From Candidatus Woesearchaeota archaeon (GTDB lineage Archaea; Nanobdellota; Nanobdellia; Pacearchaeales; GW2011-AR1), in the NCBI GenBank assembly GCA_964578845.1, contig CAZOEF010000004.1, positions 1,562 through 65,561 of the forward strand: a stretch of DNA of 64,000 nt, in the 5' to 3' direction. Shown here one piece after another: positions 1 through 9,144 of this stretch. The position numbers were made by a program, and so were the translations under genes. Within the stretch, counting starts at the first letter, position 1. Each line of letters starts with the position of its first letter. The notes beneath the pieces are model-generated. The model saw only the letters and a program-made list of their open reading frames with translations. It was not told the origin of the DNA and searched no databases.

Positions 1-1250
1 AGGTTGTAAGGGGCTAATTTCTCAACAATATAGTTTAAAGTAGTAGGGTGTTTTGTGTATATCAATATCTTGTCATTAGGATCTTTTTTTAGTATATCAT
101 CTATTATTTCTATTAGTTTTTTTATTTTTGAGTCTGTTCCTATCTTCTCATATTTTTCCAGGATATTCCTTGCTATCTGCCTTGTCCCTTGATGGTATTT
201 CTCATCTGATTCTATTCTTTTCAGTGATTCAATCGCTGATTTTGATGAGCTAGTGATTTTAGGTAAGAGTGCATAGATAATCAATCTGCCGTTAAGTTCT
301 GTGCCGTTTGCTGCAAAATATTGTTTTTTTAATAGTTCGCAGGTTGCTTCATAAACTTCTTTTTCTTCAGGTGTCTGCTCTACAGCGATTATTCTCGGGA
401 TTCTTTTCATGTATTTTATCCCTGTCTCGCTCCTCTGCCTTCTTATCATGACTTCGTCTAGTTTTCTCTTTAGTTCTCTAGGGTTTAAGGGGTATCTTTT
501 ATTCCTGCCGTTTATGAAATTCTTCTGGAATTCTTTTATTGTTCCTAAATGGCCTTTTTTTAATAAGTGGAGAAGATTGTATAGTTCTAATAAGTCATTC
601 TGGAAAGGGGTTGCTGTTAATGCTAAGAATCTCTTCTTTTGTATTTTGTCTATAAATCTCCATCTGACAGTGTTCCTTTGTTTTAGTTTATGGGCTTCAT
701 CAACTATCAGCATATCCCATTGTATCTTGTGGGCCATAGAGTGCCTGTAGTCTCCCTTGACTTTGTCAAATATCTTCACTCTGTCTATTGAGGCGATAGC
801 AAAATCACTATCCCAGTCGCTTTCGTTCTCGATTATTTTGAAGTCCAGTTCGAATTTATCCTTTAATTCACTAACCCATTGGTCTACTAATGATGGAGGT
901 GTTAAAATTAGGACTTTTTTGGCTAAGCCCCTGACTATGCATTCCTTTAATGCTATGCCAGTTGTGACAGTCTTCCCTAAGCCTACTTCATCTGCTAATA
1001 GCCCTGACCCATTAAAATCCCTTAGTAGTTCTAGCGCCCCTTCAGTCTGGTAAGGAAGCTGGAATTCCAGGTTATCCTTTATCATATCAAAAGATATCAG
1101 GCTTGTGATCTCAGTCTCCTTTGATGCCTCTCCTACATCTATTTTTAAGTCCCTTATCTCCTTTGATACGAATTTGCTCTTTGTAAGATTCTCAAATACA
1201 GGCAGTTCATCATCAGAAAATGATTCATCAATATTTATCTCGTATTCCAT
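1..1250 (-). CDS. SNF2/Swi2-family helicase, N-terminal part (starts at 1250, runs off the left edge)
   Basis: My own minus-strand translation from ATG 1250 gives MEYEINIDESFSDDELPVF... It contains motif I LLADEVGLGKT, motif II MLIVDEAHKLK and the SNF2 block LALTATPFQNDLLELYNLL. The frame stays open to position 1, so it is absent from the track. Track ORFs 409..750(+) and 757..1053(+) are its antisense shadows. Confidence 0.85.
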   Translation of the reverse strand, partial: MEYEINIDESFSDDELPVFENLTKSKFVSKEIRDLKIDVGEASKETEITSLISFDMIKDNLEFQLPYQTEGALELLRDFNGSGLLADEVGLGKTVTTGIALKECIVRGLAKKVLILTPPSLVDQWVSELKDKFELDFKIIENESDWDSDFAIASIDRVKIFDKVKGDYRHSMAHKIQWDMLIVDEAHKLKQRNTVRWRFIDKIQKKRFLALTATPFQNDLLELYNLLHLLKKGHLGTIKEFQKNFINGRNKRYPLNPRELKRKLDEVMIRRQRSETGIKYMKRIPRIIAVEQTPEEKEVYEATCELLKKQYFAANGTELNGRLIIYALLPKITSSSKSAIESLKRIESDEKYHQGTRQIARNILEKYEKIGTDSKIKKLIEIIDDILKKDPNDKILIYTKHPTTLNYIVEKLAPYN

Positions 1251-1333
1251 TTTCAGCTCTTTTTGCTTGAGTTAATACCCTGAGTTAGAACTTTTTAAAG
1301 ATAGAGGTGGAAGAAGAGTAAAGAATCTAAAAA

Positions 1334-2170
1334 TTAAATATTTTCAAACCAATTATCCTCAATTGTAACCTCTTCTTTGGTTTTTACTTTTACACCCAAT
1401 CCTAATTCTTTTATTTTCTGAACTAAATTCTCTCCATCAATTAAGTCTATAGGGTCAGCCCCTTCTCTTGAAGATTCAATTAAAGCATCTCTTGTAAATT
1501 TTCCCGTTGTAATGAATAATCCCCTATCTGCTCTGCCATTCATAGCCCCTCTAAAATCTCTGATTTCTTTAGAAGAAACGCTTCCAGACCATCTTTTACA
1601 TTGAAATACAACCCTGAAACCGATTAGACCTCCAAGCTTTACTATGCCTTTTCCATCAATTCCCCCATCTCCTGTCCTACCTGTAACTTTTACTTCTATA
1701 AATCCTGATTCTCTAAGAATTCTTTGACATAATCTCTCGAACGCAGAAGGATCCATAGACATTAATTTATCCAATAATTCGTCTTCCCAAATTCTATCAG
1801 CGTTGTCCGGAGTTTTACCTTCATCAGTTTCCTCCTCAACAGAACTTGAATCTCTAGCTTCTCTCTTCACAAAATTGTTTACTTCTTCCTTGTTTACTTC
1901 TTTAGTCTCTAGTCCTTTTTGAGTCAAAGCCCATATTCCTCTAGATGAATTTTCCAATAATCCATAGTTTTTCAGGTAGGTTCTTGTCCAAGCTAGCCTA
2001 TAACTAAAAATTGTCCTATTTCCATGATGTATTTTATTGACCTCTCCTTCAGAAATTCTTAAAATTTCTGCTACCTTCTCTTCCATTTCTAAAATTGAAG
2101 CCGATCCGCCTAGTTGATGTAATGCCTCAATTAGCGCATTATACATTTCATCATACTTAGGTATATCCAT
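1334..2170 (-). CDS. mrr: Mrr-family type IV restriction endonuclease (Mrr_N winged helix + PD-(D/E)xK core)
   Basis: The C-terminal half has ...FERLCQRILRESGF...GRTGDGGIDGKG...VVFQCKRWSGSV..IRDFRGA, typical of the Mrr catalytic domain. The N-terminal part looks like a winged-helix domain. Confidence 0.85.
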   Translation of the reverse strand: MDIPKYDEMYNALIEALHQLGGSASILEMEEKVAEILRISEGEVNKIHHGNRTIFSYRLAWTRTYLKNYGLLENSSRGIWALTQKGLETKEVNKEEVNNFVKREARDSSSVEEETDEGKTPDNADRIWEDELLDKLMSMDPSAFERLCQRILRESGFIEVKVTGRTGDGGIDGKGIVKLGGLIGFRVVFQCKRWSGSVSSKEIRDFRGAMNGRADRGLFITTGKFTRDALIESSREGADPIDLIDGENLVQKIKELGLGVKVKTKEEVTIEDNWFENI

Positions 2171-2221
2171 AAAAATTTAATATATCTCTAATTTAAAATA
2201 CTTTTGAATGTTGATTTAAAT

Positions 2222-3100
2222 CTAACAACTCAATAAATCATTAAAATTAGCATACTTAACATCTAATTCTTCTAGAGAATCTAATAAATCTATGAACTTT
2301 GTATATTTATTCTCGTCAATAAACTGAGGTGAATTAGTCTTTACATAATCTTGAGGATGTAGTGTTATAACGCACAAATTTTTAAGGTCCAGATCCCTCT
2401 TACAATCTTCCATTATTTGATTTACAGGAATCAATTCACTCTCACCGAAATCAAAGGTCTTTGCGCTAGGGCCAATAATATAAATTCCATCTTGATTCTT
2501 ATATTCGCCTTCCTTAGCAGACATTATCTTAAAAGCTTGGGATTCCAAAGCAATCGGTACATCCTTAGAATATTCATTCTGTGGAGGAACAAAAGTTACT
2601 GGCGAGATTCCCAGATTTTTAATTATAGATTCTTTCCCTAACTCAATTGAACGTGTTGCATCATCCAAGCTTTTATCCTTGAATTCATTTTCTGTATGCT
2701 GATAACCATGTTGTGCTATTTCAATCCTATCATTATATTTGATTGAACTAATCCATTCAATAAATAACCTATCTTTCTCTAAACCTTCAGGAATGACTCC
2801 AAGTGTCAAACTCATCTCTCTTGATAATATTTCTTCAGTTAAATTGACCACAGTATTATAATAGTGATGGGCTCCAAGATCATCCATTCTTAAAATTATA
2901 GTCTTCTCCTTAGGCATTAATGAGCATGAAATTGATTGAGTGGATTGCCTGATATTCTCATCTAGGATAGCAGATCCTGTGATCCTAGGAGTGAAGTCAA
3001 AGCCCTCCTTGAAATAGATTGAACTTCCAGTTATCAAGAAGGCAAAGACAATGATCATTATGCCAAAATACGTCTTAGTTTTTATCATCTCGTTCCCCAT
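2222..3100 (-). CDS. Polysaccharide deacetylase-like protein (NodB/DUF2334-like), N-terminal membrane anchor
   Basis: N-terminal TM helix, then RMDDLG (TFDD-like motif) and IAQHGYQH (HxxxH-like metal motif). It overlaps the upstream synthase gene by 16 nt. Confidence 0.6.
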   Translation of the reverse strand: MGNEMIKTKTYFGIMIIVFAFLITGSSIYFKEGFDFTPRITGSAILDENIRQSTQSISCSLMPKEKTIILRMDDLGAHHYYNTVVNLTEEILSREMSLTLGVIPEGLEKDRLFIEWISSIKYNDRIEIAQHGYQHTENEFKDKSLDDATRSIELGKESIIKNLGISPVTFVPPQNEYSKDVPIALESQAFKIMSAKEGEYKNQDGIYIIGPSAKTFDFGESELIPVNQIMEDCKRDLDLKNLCVITLHPQDYVKTNSPQFIDENKYTKFIDLLDSLEELDVKYANFNDLLSC

Positions 3101-4380
3101 TTCATATTCCTCAGATCATAAAGCGCATAGATCATAATATAAGAAAGCAATGTCATATTTAAGAATGAATACAACACCATATATTTCCCATATTTATCCC
3201 CATTGTAGATTTGATAATGGATAAGCAGCATTAATGAAACTATAGATATTCCTAACACATAAAATAAAGGAGATATTCCAAAGAATATTGGATTGATAAC
3301 TAGTGCCTTAAACGCAATGAATGGAGTAGTCAATGTTATGAATATTAGGGGTATAAAATAAGTTATAGCGACAAACTTATCCTTTTTGACAACGTCAGGA
3401 AACACCTTGAGGGAATTTATCAGCCATCCTTTTTTCCATCTGACTTGCTGTTTAAGAAACTGTCTTAGAGTATTAGGGACAACTGTATAGGCCCTGGCTT
3501 CATCAACATATACAGTCTTATACCCTCTCCTTAAAATCCAGTTTGTTAAGGACCTATCATCTCCAAATGTTATCTTCTTTCCCATAAATGTTTCATTCAG
3601 GAATTTGTCTAGCACAGGCATCACATAAGATTTCCTATATGCTGAGAAACATCCTGAGCAGCAAAAGACCATGTCGAATATGCTTTCAGAGGCTTTGAGT
3701 GCCCTAAAGGACATGAAATAATAAGCTGTCTGTATTTTAGTCATCACATTTTCATCCTTATTGGCAGGATCCGTATGTCCGACAGTTGCTCCAACTCTTT
3801 CATCTATGAATGGCTCTATCAATCTTCTCAATGCCTCTGGTTCAGGATAACTATCACTATCGACCTGAATAATGAGTTCACCTTTGGCCAATCTGAAACC
3901 AAATGCCATTCCCTCCCTTTTTCCTTTATTTTTCTTAAAGTTCACAACAGTTACTTTCATTTCAGGGAAGTTAGCCTTTGCCCGAATCATTTCATTTAAA
4001 GTATTGTCAGTGCTTCCATCATTAATTGCTATTACTTCTATGTTGTCCCTAGGATAGTTTGAATTTAAGCAACACTCCATTGTCTTGTAAATAGCATCTT
4101 CTTCATTTTTGCAGGGAATTACGAAACTGACCGTAGGGTTATAACTCATATCGAGTTCAGCCCTTTTGTCCAGTTTAAGCCTGTCTTTATAATTCTTGTA
4201 AAAGAATGATCCAGTAACCCTGCTTAACATAAAAACAGTTATTCCGAGGGTGTAAAAATATACTATCGAATCGTACTGATAAAAATTATATACTTTTATT
4301 AAAATTATAAAATAAATAAGCAATGCTAAAATAAAAGCGTAAAACGTATTTTCAGCGAAATTTCTAGACTTTCTATGCAT
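3085..4380 (-). CDS. Processive family-2 glycosyltransferase of the hyaluronan-synthase / NodC / chitin-synthase type
   Basis: Motifs VIPCKNEE, INDGSTDNT, QVDSDS, GDDRSLTNW and QQVRWKKGW (QxxRW), flanked by N- and C-terminal TM helices. Confidence 0.8.
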   Translation of the reverse strand: MHRKSRNFAENTFYAFILALLIYFIILIKVYNFYQYDSIVYFYTLGITVFMLSRVTGSFFYKNYKDRLKLDKRAELDMSYNPTVSFVIPCKNEEDAIYKTMECCLNSNYPRDNIEVIAINDGSTDNTLNEMIRAKANFPEMKVTVVNFKKNKGKREGMAFGFRLAKGELIIQVDSDSYPEPEALRRLIEPFIDERVGATVGHTDPANKDENVMTKIQTAYYFMSFRALKASESIFDMVFCCSGCFSAYRKSYVMPVLDKFLNETFMGKKITFGDDRSLTNWILRRGYKTVYVDEARAYTVVPNTLRQFLKQQVRWKKGWLINSLKVFPDVVKKDKFVAITYFIPLIFITLTTPFIAFKALVINPIFFGISPLFYVLGISIVSLMLLIHYQIYNGDKYGKYMVLYSFLNMTLLSYIMIYALYDLRNMKWGTR

Positions 4381-4450
4381 ATGCTAACTAAACCGTTACG
4401 TCGATAAAAGTAATTTCCCTCTTGAATTATTAGGATTCCTACAGTTTAAA

Positions 4451-4522
4451 CGCCCCAACCGGGAATCGAACCCGGGTCTCCGCCGCGACAGGGCGATGTA
4501 CTAACCACTATACTATTGAGGC
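4451..4522 (-). tRNA. tRNA-Asp (anticodon GTC), 72 nt, no encoded CCA
   Basis: The reverse complement GCCTCAATAGTATAGTGGTTAGTACATCGCCCTGTCGCGGCGGAGACCCGGGTTCGATTCCCGGTTGGGGCG folds as a cloverleaf. Acceptor is GCCTCAA/TTGGGGC, anticodon loop is CTGTCGC, and the T arm is CCGGG-TTCGATT-CCCGG. Confidence 0.9.
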
Positions 4523-4558
4523 TTGTTATTCTTTTCAGAAAAAGTGTATTTTTAAACC

Positions 4559-7500
4559 TTATCTTGGTTGCTGGGTGCTCTCAATAAATGCATCAAGAGA
4601 TAAGTATGCAGCATCTATGTCAAAGGGTGATTTTCCTCTAATCTCAGTTGACTTAACTGATTGAAGGTCTAGAGCATATAAACCATTTAATATATCCTGA
4701 ACATATCCTCCTTTAAATGCAACGTCATTTTCTCCCATTTTCTCTTTCTTTTTTTCGTATGATTCTTGTAGATTGCCTCCTCTCATTGCTAATTCCACAT
4801 CATTGCGATCAATAACTTCTCCTTCAACAATTCCCATATCCTGAAGAAGATCAACTGCACTGGCAGCAATAGAAAATTCATCTAGAGCTTTTTCAATAGG
4901 TGAACCTTCTTGTTCGGATGAATTTATTATTTGTGCTGAGATATCCTTGTCTATAGCTTCGAAATGTTTAATTATGGCTCTTCGGACTTTAGCAAGATAT
5001 TCTGGATCCCTCTCAAGGGTTGCTTCTTCAAAGAAGGCATCTTTTATAGGTGTCCTATCACTCTCTTCAAGTATTACTTCATTAAATTCCTCTCTAAATT
5101 TAGGATCCTCAATTCTGCCTACTTTGTCCTCTATATCTTCAATAACGCTAGTATATGAACCATCCCATGCATCCGCAAAGAATGTAGGATTCTTAAAAGA
5201 AGAATTCATAAGTGAAGAAGTTACTGCTTTTATTTCAGGATGTTCTCTAATTAACGTATTAAGGTATGCTCCATTAATAATAAATTCTCTTCTATAAGCC
5301 GGATGCACTTCTCCGTTAATTTTCAAAGTAGCAGTTTCAATTATCTTAGGAGGGCCAGAGAAATAACCAAATTTTTCAGCAGTTTCTTTTTGTAATCTTT
5401 TTCTTTCTTGTAATAACTTTTCCGTGTTTATTCTGCCATTTCTCCAAAGAATCTCAAAGCGTTCACATTGCGAATCATACCATTCTTTAGCATCTATATC
5501 CAATCTATCTCCAAGAATTTGAACTTCTGAGTCAATGCTCACAATTCCTAAACTCTCTCCAAACCATACTATTTTAGGCATTTCACTACCTCTAACTGTC
5601 AACTCACGGCGTGCACCAACGGGATTGATTTTATATAAAAAAGTATCCTCAAAGCTTTTATCTTCCAAATCTTCCATTTTTCTAAAATAACTTCTTATAG
5701 TGACTGCATACTCTCCTTTATTCTTTCTTATGTATTTGATGTCTTCTCTTTCATTTTTATCTATTGCTTTATTGATCCCTTGCGCACGTTTATCATATTC
5801 TTGAATCACTGCCTCAATAACATCTTCAAATCTTTGATTATATGCATTCAGTGCATGATTGACAGTCTGAGGATGATATAGTGCAGCGTGTGCTGCAATG
5901 GTCTGTTTTCCGTGTTCAAGTGCCTGCTTTAGCATAACTACTTCTTTTCCGCTAGAGGGTATAACTAATCCTTCTTGCTGCTCTGTTGCTAAATTCACAT
6001 AAGCCAAAACAGAAGTTGACCAATCAACAGGATTTGCAATAGACTCCCTGAAGTCAACAACCTGAGAAAAAGCAGGCGTATAAACTTTTACCGATGGAGA
6101 ATCAATTCCGTTAGATCCAAATAAAATAGGAATTGAGCCATATCTCATTTGGATAGGCCTTTGATTTATTGCTTCGGCCAAATCTGGTCTTTTGAATCTG
6201 TCAATGGAATCTAAGGATCCGCTAATCAAAGGATTTATTGAATTTATACTGGCGTGAGTAAGAAATGCATTTAAATATTTACGGACATCTTCAGGATTCA
6301 ATAAAACCGTCCTATTTCCTTGTTCATCTTCTATAATCGGAGTCATTTCTGAATCACGAAGAGCCTTAATGACTTCGTCGCGAACAAGATAATCCCTCAT
6401 TATATTGAGTGAAAATGCCTCGACAAATCTCAAATCATCTTGCATTTGTTTATTAAGTTCTGCAATTTGTTGCTGTCCTAGTGCTATCTGGGTAAAAGAG
6501 GATAACATATCATCATGCATCTCTAATTGTCTTTTTCTGATTGAATATATTTGTTCATTTTGATCTGCTAGGCTTCTTTGTAAATCATAAAAACCTATTC
6601 GGACTTGATTTTGCACAAATTGTACGTCCCTTTGCACTTCTAGAACATCTCTATGCACTTCAGCTATGGCTTGCATTATTTGCCGATGTTTTTTGTCTTC
6701 ATTGCTTTCCCCTCCGAATAACCCGGTTACTCCAGATATGATTTTCGCAGTTCCTGAAAAAGGACTCTCCTCTAGTTGAGAAATTCCGTCAGCCACAGTT
6801 AGCATATTCATACCGGCTCCATATAACTGAGCACTTACGCCCTCGTCTATTTGTCCTACAATACTACTTGTAATATATACTAACCCTTGAGCTTCTTTCA
6901 ATGCATGTTCCCTACGGACTTGATCATTCTCTGTTTTTATGCGTTCATAAGCTATTCGGTATTGATCTACTAAGTTATAAACAACATTATCTAAAGTATC
7001 AATCTCTTTCTGATGTTCTGCTTGAACATTTTCTAAACCCTTTATTTCAAAAGCTTGCTTGAACTCAGGTTTATGGATCAATGTTTCAAGCGTATCACTA
7101 GGTTTTACATCTCCCTCTGGAAATGCAAGAAGATATGCCTCATTAACTCCAGGTTGAAGTCTATTCTTAAAGATTCCCTCTTGGATCTCTTGTTTATTGG
7201 CGATTGAATAGTTTCTGATATCGTTTAGCATACCATTAGCCAAATCTTTTATTTGTTGTTTTCCTATCTTATCAACTTCATTGTATGCAATTTCAAGCCC
7301 CTGTTCTCCCATGAGTAATATTTTTGCGGCATTAGTCCTATCAGTAATTACTGCTGCATCTACCAGAAAGTTAGTTACATTGATTAGATTTTCTTTACTA
7401 ATTATTGACTCAGAAAATCTACCGTGTTCAGCGGCATAAGTCAATCCAGAAATGTGCCTCTCTATTTCAGATGGAGAAGGAATGTCACTCGTAATTGCTG

Positions 7501-7717
7501 GAAAATCATAGGTTTGCCTAGATACCGGATAAAGGATCATCAGCCTTTCAGGATCATCCTGCATTTCCAGATCTAATTCATGTCTAAACAGTTCTTGCTC
7601 AATCAACGCAGCCTTTTCAGGATCTGTTTTAGATAACATGTCCCAATATATAGGCTCTGGTTGTGCATAAGCTAATGTTCCTGTCAAAGTTATTGCAGGA
7701 ATTAACTTCTCTAACAT
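4559..7717 (-). CDS. Hypothetical 1052-aa protein with a possible N-terminal signal-like segment and long helical/coiled-coil regions; no motif recognised
   Basis: Uninterrupted 3.2-kb ORF. A phased TATA (TTTAAACT, minus strand 7746->7739) starts 29 nt upstream of the ATG. The N-terminus is MLEKLIPAITLTGTLAYA|QPEP. Confidence 0.7.
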   Translation of the reverse strand: MLEKLIPAITLTGTLAYAQPEPIYWDMLSKTDPEKAALIEQELFRHELDLEMQDDPERLMILYPVSRQTYDFPAITSDIPSPSEIERHISGLTYAAEHGRFSESIISKENLINVTNFLVDAAVITDRTNAAKILLMGEQGLEIAYNEVDKIGKQQIKDLANGMLNDIRNYSIANKQEIQEGIFKNRLQPGVNEAYLLAFPEGDVKPSDTLETLIHKPEFKQAFEIKGLENVQAEHQKEIDTLDNVVYNLVDQYRIAYERIKTENDQVRREHALKEAQGLVYITSSIVGQIDEGVSAQLYGAGMNMLTVADGISQLEESPFSGTAKIISGVTGLFGGESNEDKKHRQIMQAIAEVHRDVLEVQRDVQFVQNQVRIGFYDLQRSLADQNEQIYSIRKRQLEMHDDMLSSFTQIALGQQQIAELNKQMQDDLRFVEAFSLNIMRDYLVRDEVIKALRDSEMTPIIEDEQGNRTVLLNPEDVRKYLNAFLTHASINSINPLISGSLDSIDRFKRPDLAEAINQRPIQMRYGSIPILFGSNGIDSPSVKVYTPAFSQVVDFRESIANPVDWSTSVLAYVNLATEQQEGLVIPSSGKEVVMLKQALEHGKQTIAAHAALYHPQTVNHALNAYNQRFEDVIEAVIQEYDKRAQGINKAIDKNEREDIKYIRKNKGEYAVTIRSYFRKMEDLEDKSFEDTFLYKINPVGARRELTVRGSEMPKIVWFGESLGIVSIDSEVQILGDRLDIDAKEWYDSQCERFEILWRNGRINTEKLLQERKRLQKETAEKFGYFSGPPKIIETATLKINGEVHPAYRREFIINGAYLNTLIREHPEIKAVTSSLMNSSFKNPTFFADAWDGSYTSVIEDIEDKVGRIEDPKFREEFNEVILEESDRTPIKDAFFEEATLERDPEYLAKVRRAIIKHFEAIDKDISAQIINSSEQEGSPIEKALDEFSIAASAVDLLQDMGIVEGEVIDRNDVELAMRGGNLQESYEKKKEKMGENDVAFKGGYVQDILNGLYALDLQSVKSTEIRGKSPFDIDAAYLSLDAFIESTQQPR

Positions 7718-7765
7718 GTTAATATATATTAAATCAAAAGTTTAAATAATTTATTATCAGGATAA

Positions 7766-8230
7766 CTATAACCTAAGGTCATCCCTAAAGACTTTCCTTA
7801 AGTGATCTACCACTAAATCTCTTCCAACTATAAGGATCGAAGGATTATAACTTACTCTTCCATCAATCAATTGGATTTCTCTTCTCGGATTCAGATTCAA
7901 CATCCCGAGTTCCTCTAACGAGAACGCTGAGCTAAATACTAAGTAAGCTGACTTAATATCTCCTAAATAATCAATATCTAGATCACTTCCTCCTATAACT
8001 CTTCCTTCAGGAGATTTTATCGCCCTGCCAAATTCAGCAACTGAATATGCATCAAGGCTGTCTTTCCGAAGCACAGAAGGATATTTTTCTCGCTTTAAGT
8101 TTCCTGCATAAATGATCAAAGAGTCAACCTTCTTTTCTCTGTCGTCTAAAGCAAGGATTGGAGTCCATTCACGGATTCCTCTCAAGGCCTTTAATTCTTT
8201 CTTATTTCCTATCAGATCAACAAGCACCAT
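7766..8230 (-). CDS. Hypothetical protein (154 aa)
   Basis: ORF co-oriented with the 1052-aa gene and 48 nt upstream of it. No motif recognised. Confidence 0.55.
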   Translation of the reverse strand: MVLVDLIGNKKELKALRGIREWTPILALDDREKKVDSLIIYAGNLKREKYPSVLRKDSLDAYSVAEFGRAIKSPEGRVIGGSDLDIDYLGDIKSAYLVFSSAFSLEELGMLNLNPRREIQLIDGRVSYNPSILIVGRDLVVDHLRKVFRDDLRL

Positions 8231-8290
8231 TTATACTAAAATCTATCTTAATTCATAAGTAGTCATTCAAGAAAGACAACATAAGAAAAG

Positions 8291-8298
8291 TTTATAAA
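8291..8298 (+). promoter_or_regulatory. TATA box (TTTATAAA) starting 29 nt upstream of ATG 8320
   Basis: Matches the window-wide phased TTTAWAWA pattern described in the findings. Confidence 0.6.
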
Positions 8299-8319
8299 CA
8301 TTCTCTCCTCTAAAAAGCT

Positions 8320-8709
8320 ATGAAGAAAATATTATTTGTCTTCGCACTAGTATTCTTATCAGTATTTAGCCTAAGCCTGGCTTCAGCTTATTACTATGGA
8401 GACTATTATTCTTCAACAGTAAAATCATCCCCTGACTACCATTATGAAAAAGTCGTCCACTATGATGATTACGGCTCCTCAACATATGTGAAAAAGATAA
8501 ACTATGATGATTATCCAAGATATGGTAGTTTCAGGCCATATTACCACTCAGGATTCTACCCAGCTTATAACAATTATTATTACCCTAACTACAGGTACAA
8601 TGGCTACACTTACAACCGCTATTATGATAATGACCTTTCAGATTATTTCCATTACGGATACGAGCCTCCAACTTACATTGTAAGGAACACTTACAGATCT
8701 TATTACTGA
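8320..8709 (+). CDS. Secreted tyrosine-rich protein (129 aa)
   Basis: Signal peptide MKKILFVFALVFLSVFSLSLASA. By my count the mature part has 33 Tyr in about 106 residues (YYYGDYY..., NNYYYPNYRYNGYTYNRYY). Confidence 0.7.
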   Translation: MKKILFVFALVFLSVFSLSLASAYYYGDYYSSTVKSSPDYHYEKVVHYDDYGSSTYVKKINYDDYPRYGSFRPYYHSGFYPAYNNYYYPNYRYNGYTYNRYYDNDLSDYFHYGYEPPTYIVRNTYRSYY

Positions 8710-8745
8710 ACAACATAAATCTTTAAGAATAATCCAAATATTCAC

Positions 8746-9105
8746 TTGAATGGAATGGGTGATTCAGTCGGACAATATCTATTTGAATGGGCAGAAAGCC
8801 CGCTTATAAGAGATTCTCCCTCTAACATCGAGTGGTACGGGCGCCAGGCTGAGGTTGTATATCAATTATTGCATGATAAGCATGGATTGAGAGATTCCAA
8901 GGAAATATTTGTGAGAAATGCCATGGCCTATATGTTCGGAATGGCTAGGTTATGGGAAGGAAAAGGATCAGCCTATGATCGAGCAAAAGCCATACGAGAT
9001 AGAAGAGAAACTGAAGCACTTCCTCCGGAAAATGCAGTCTCTCCCCCAAGAAGCACAACTCCACAACTAGAAGAATTATTGATTCCTGAAGAAATATTAA
9101 CATAA
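8746..9105 (+). CDS. Hypothetical protein (ORFan); the start may be ATG 8755 rather than TTG 8746
   Basis: ORF only. Trp/Arg-containing, Lys-poor composition unlike the core genes. Confidence 0.45.
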   Translation: MNGMGDSVGQYLFEWAESPLIRDSPSNIEWYGRQAEVVYQLLHDKHGLRDSKEIFVRNAMAYMFGMARLWEGKGSAYDRAKAIRDRRETEALPPENAVSPPRSTTPQLEELLIPEEILT

Positions 9106-9144
9106 CATTTAAATATAAATTTCCCTAGTTAAGAATAGAAAAAG

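Noticed and set aside
409-1053. Track ORFs 409..750(+) and 757..1053(+)
   Set aside because: Their sequences are low-complexity and rich in Ser, Leu and Phe. They lie antisense to a well-supported SNF2 helicase frame on the minus strand.
4381-4450. att-like duplication of the tRNA-Asp 3' end marking an integrated element
   Set aside because: I could not find a second copy of the tRNA 3' half (CCGGGAATCGAACCC) anywhere between 1 and 4450. If one exists, it lies beyond the left edge.
9101-9115. 15-nt exact repeat CATAACATTTAAATA at 9101 and 32341
   Set aside because: In both places it is a stop-codon context (TAA) followed by the TATA/BRE consensus of the next gene. Promoter consensus explains it better than a mobile or recombination site.
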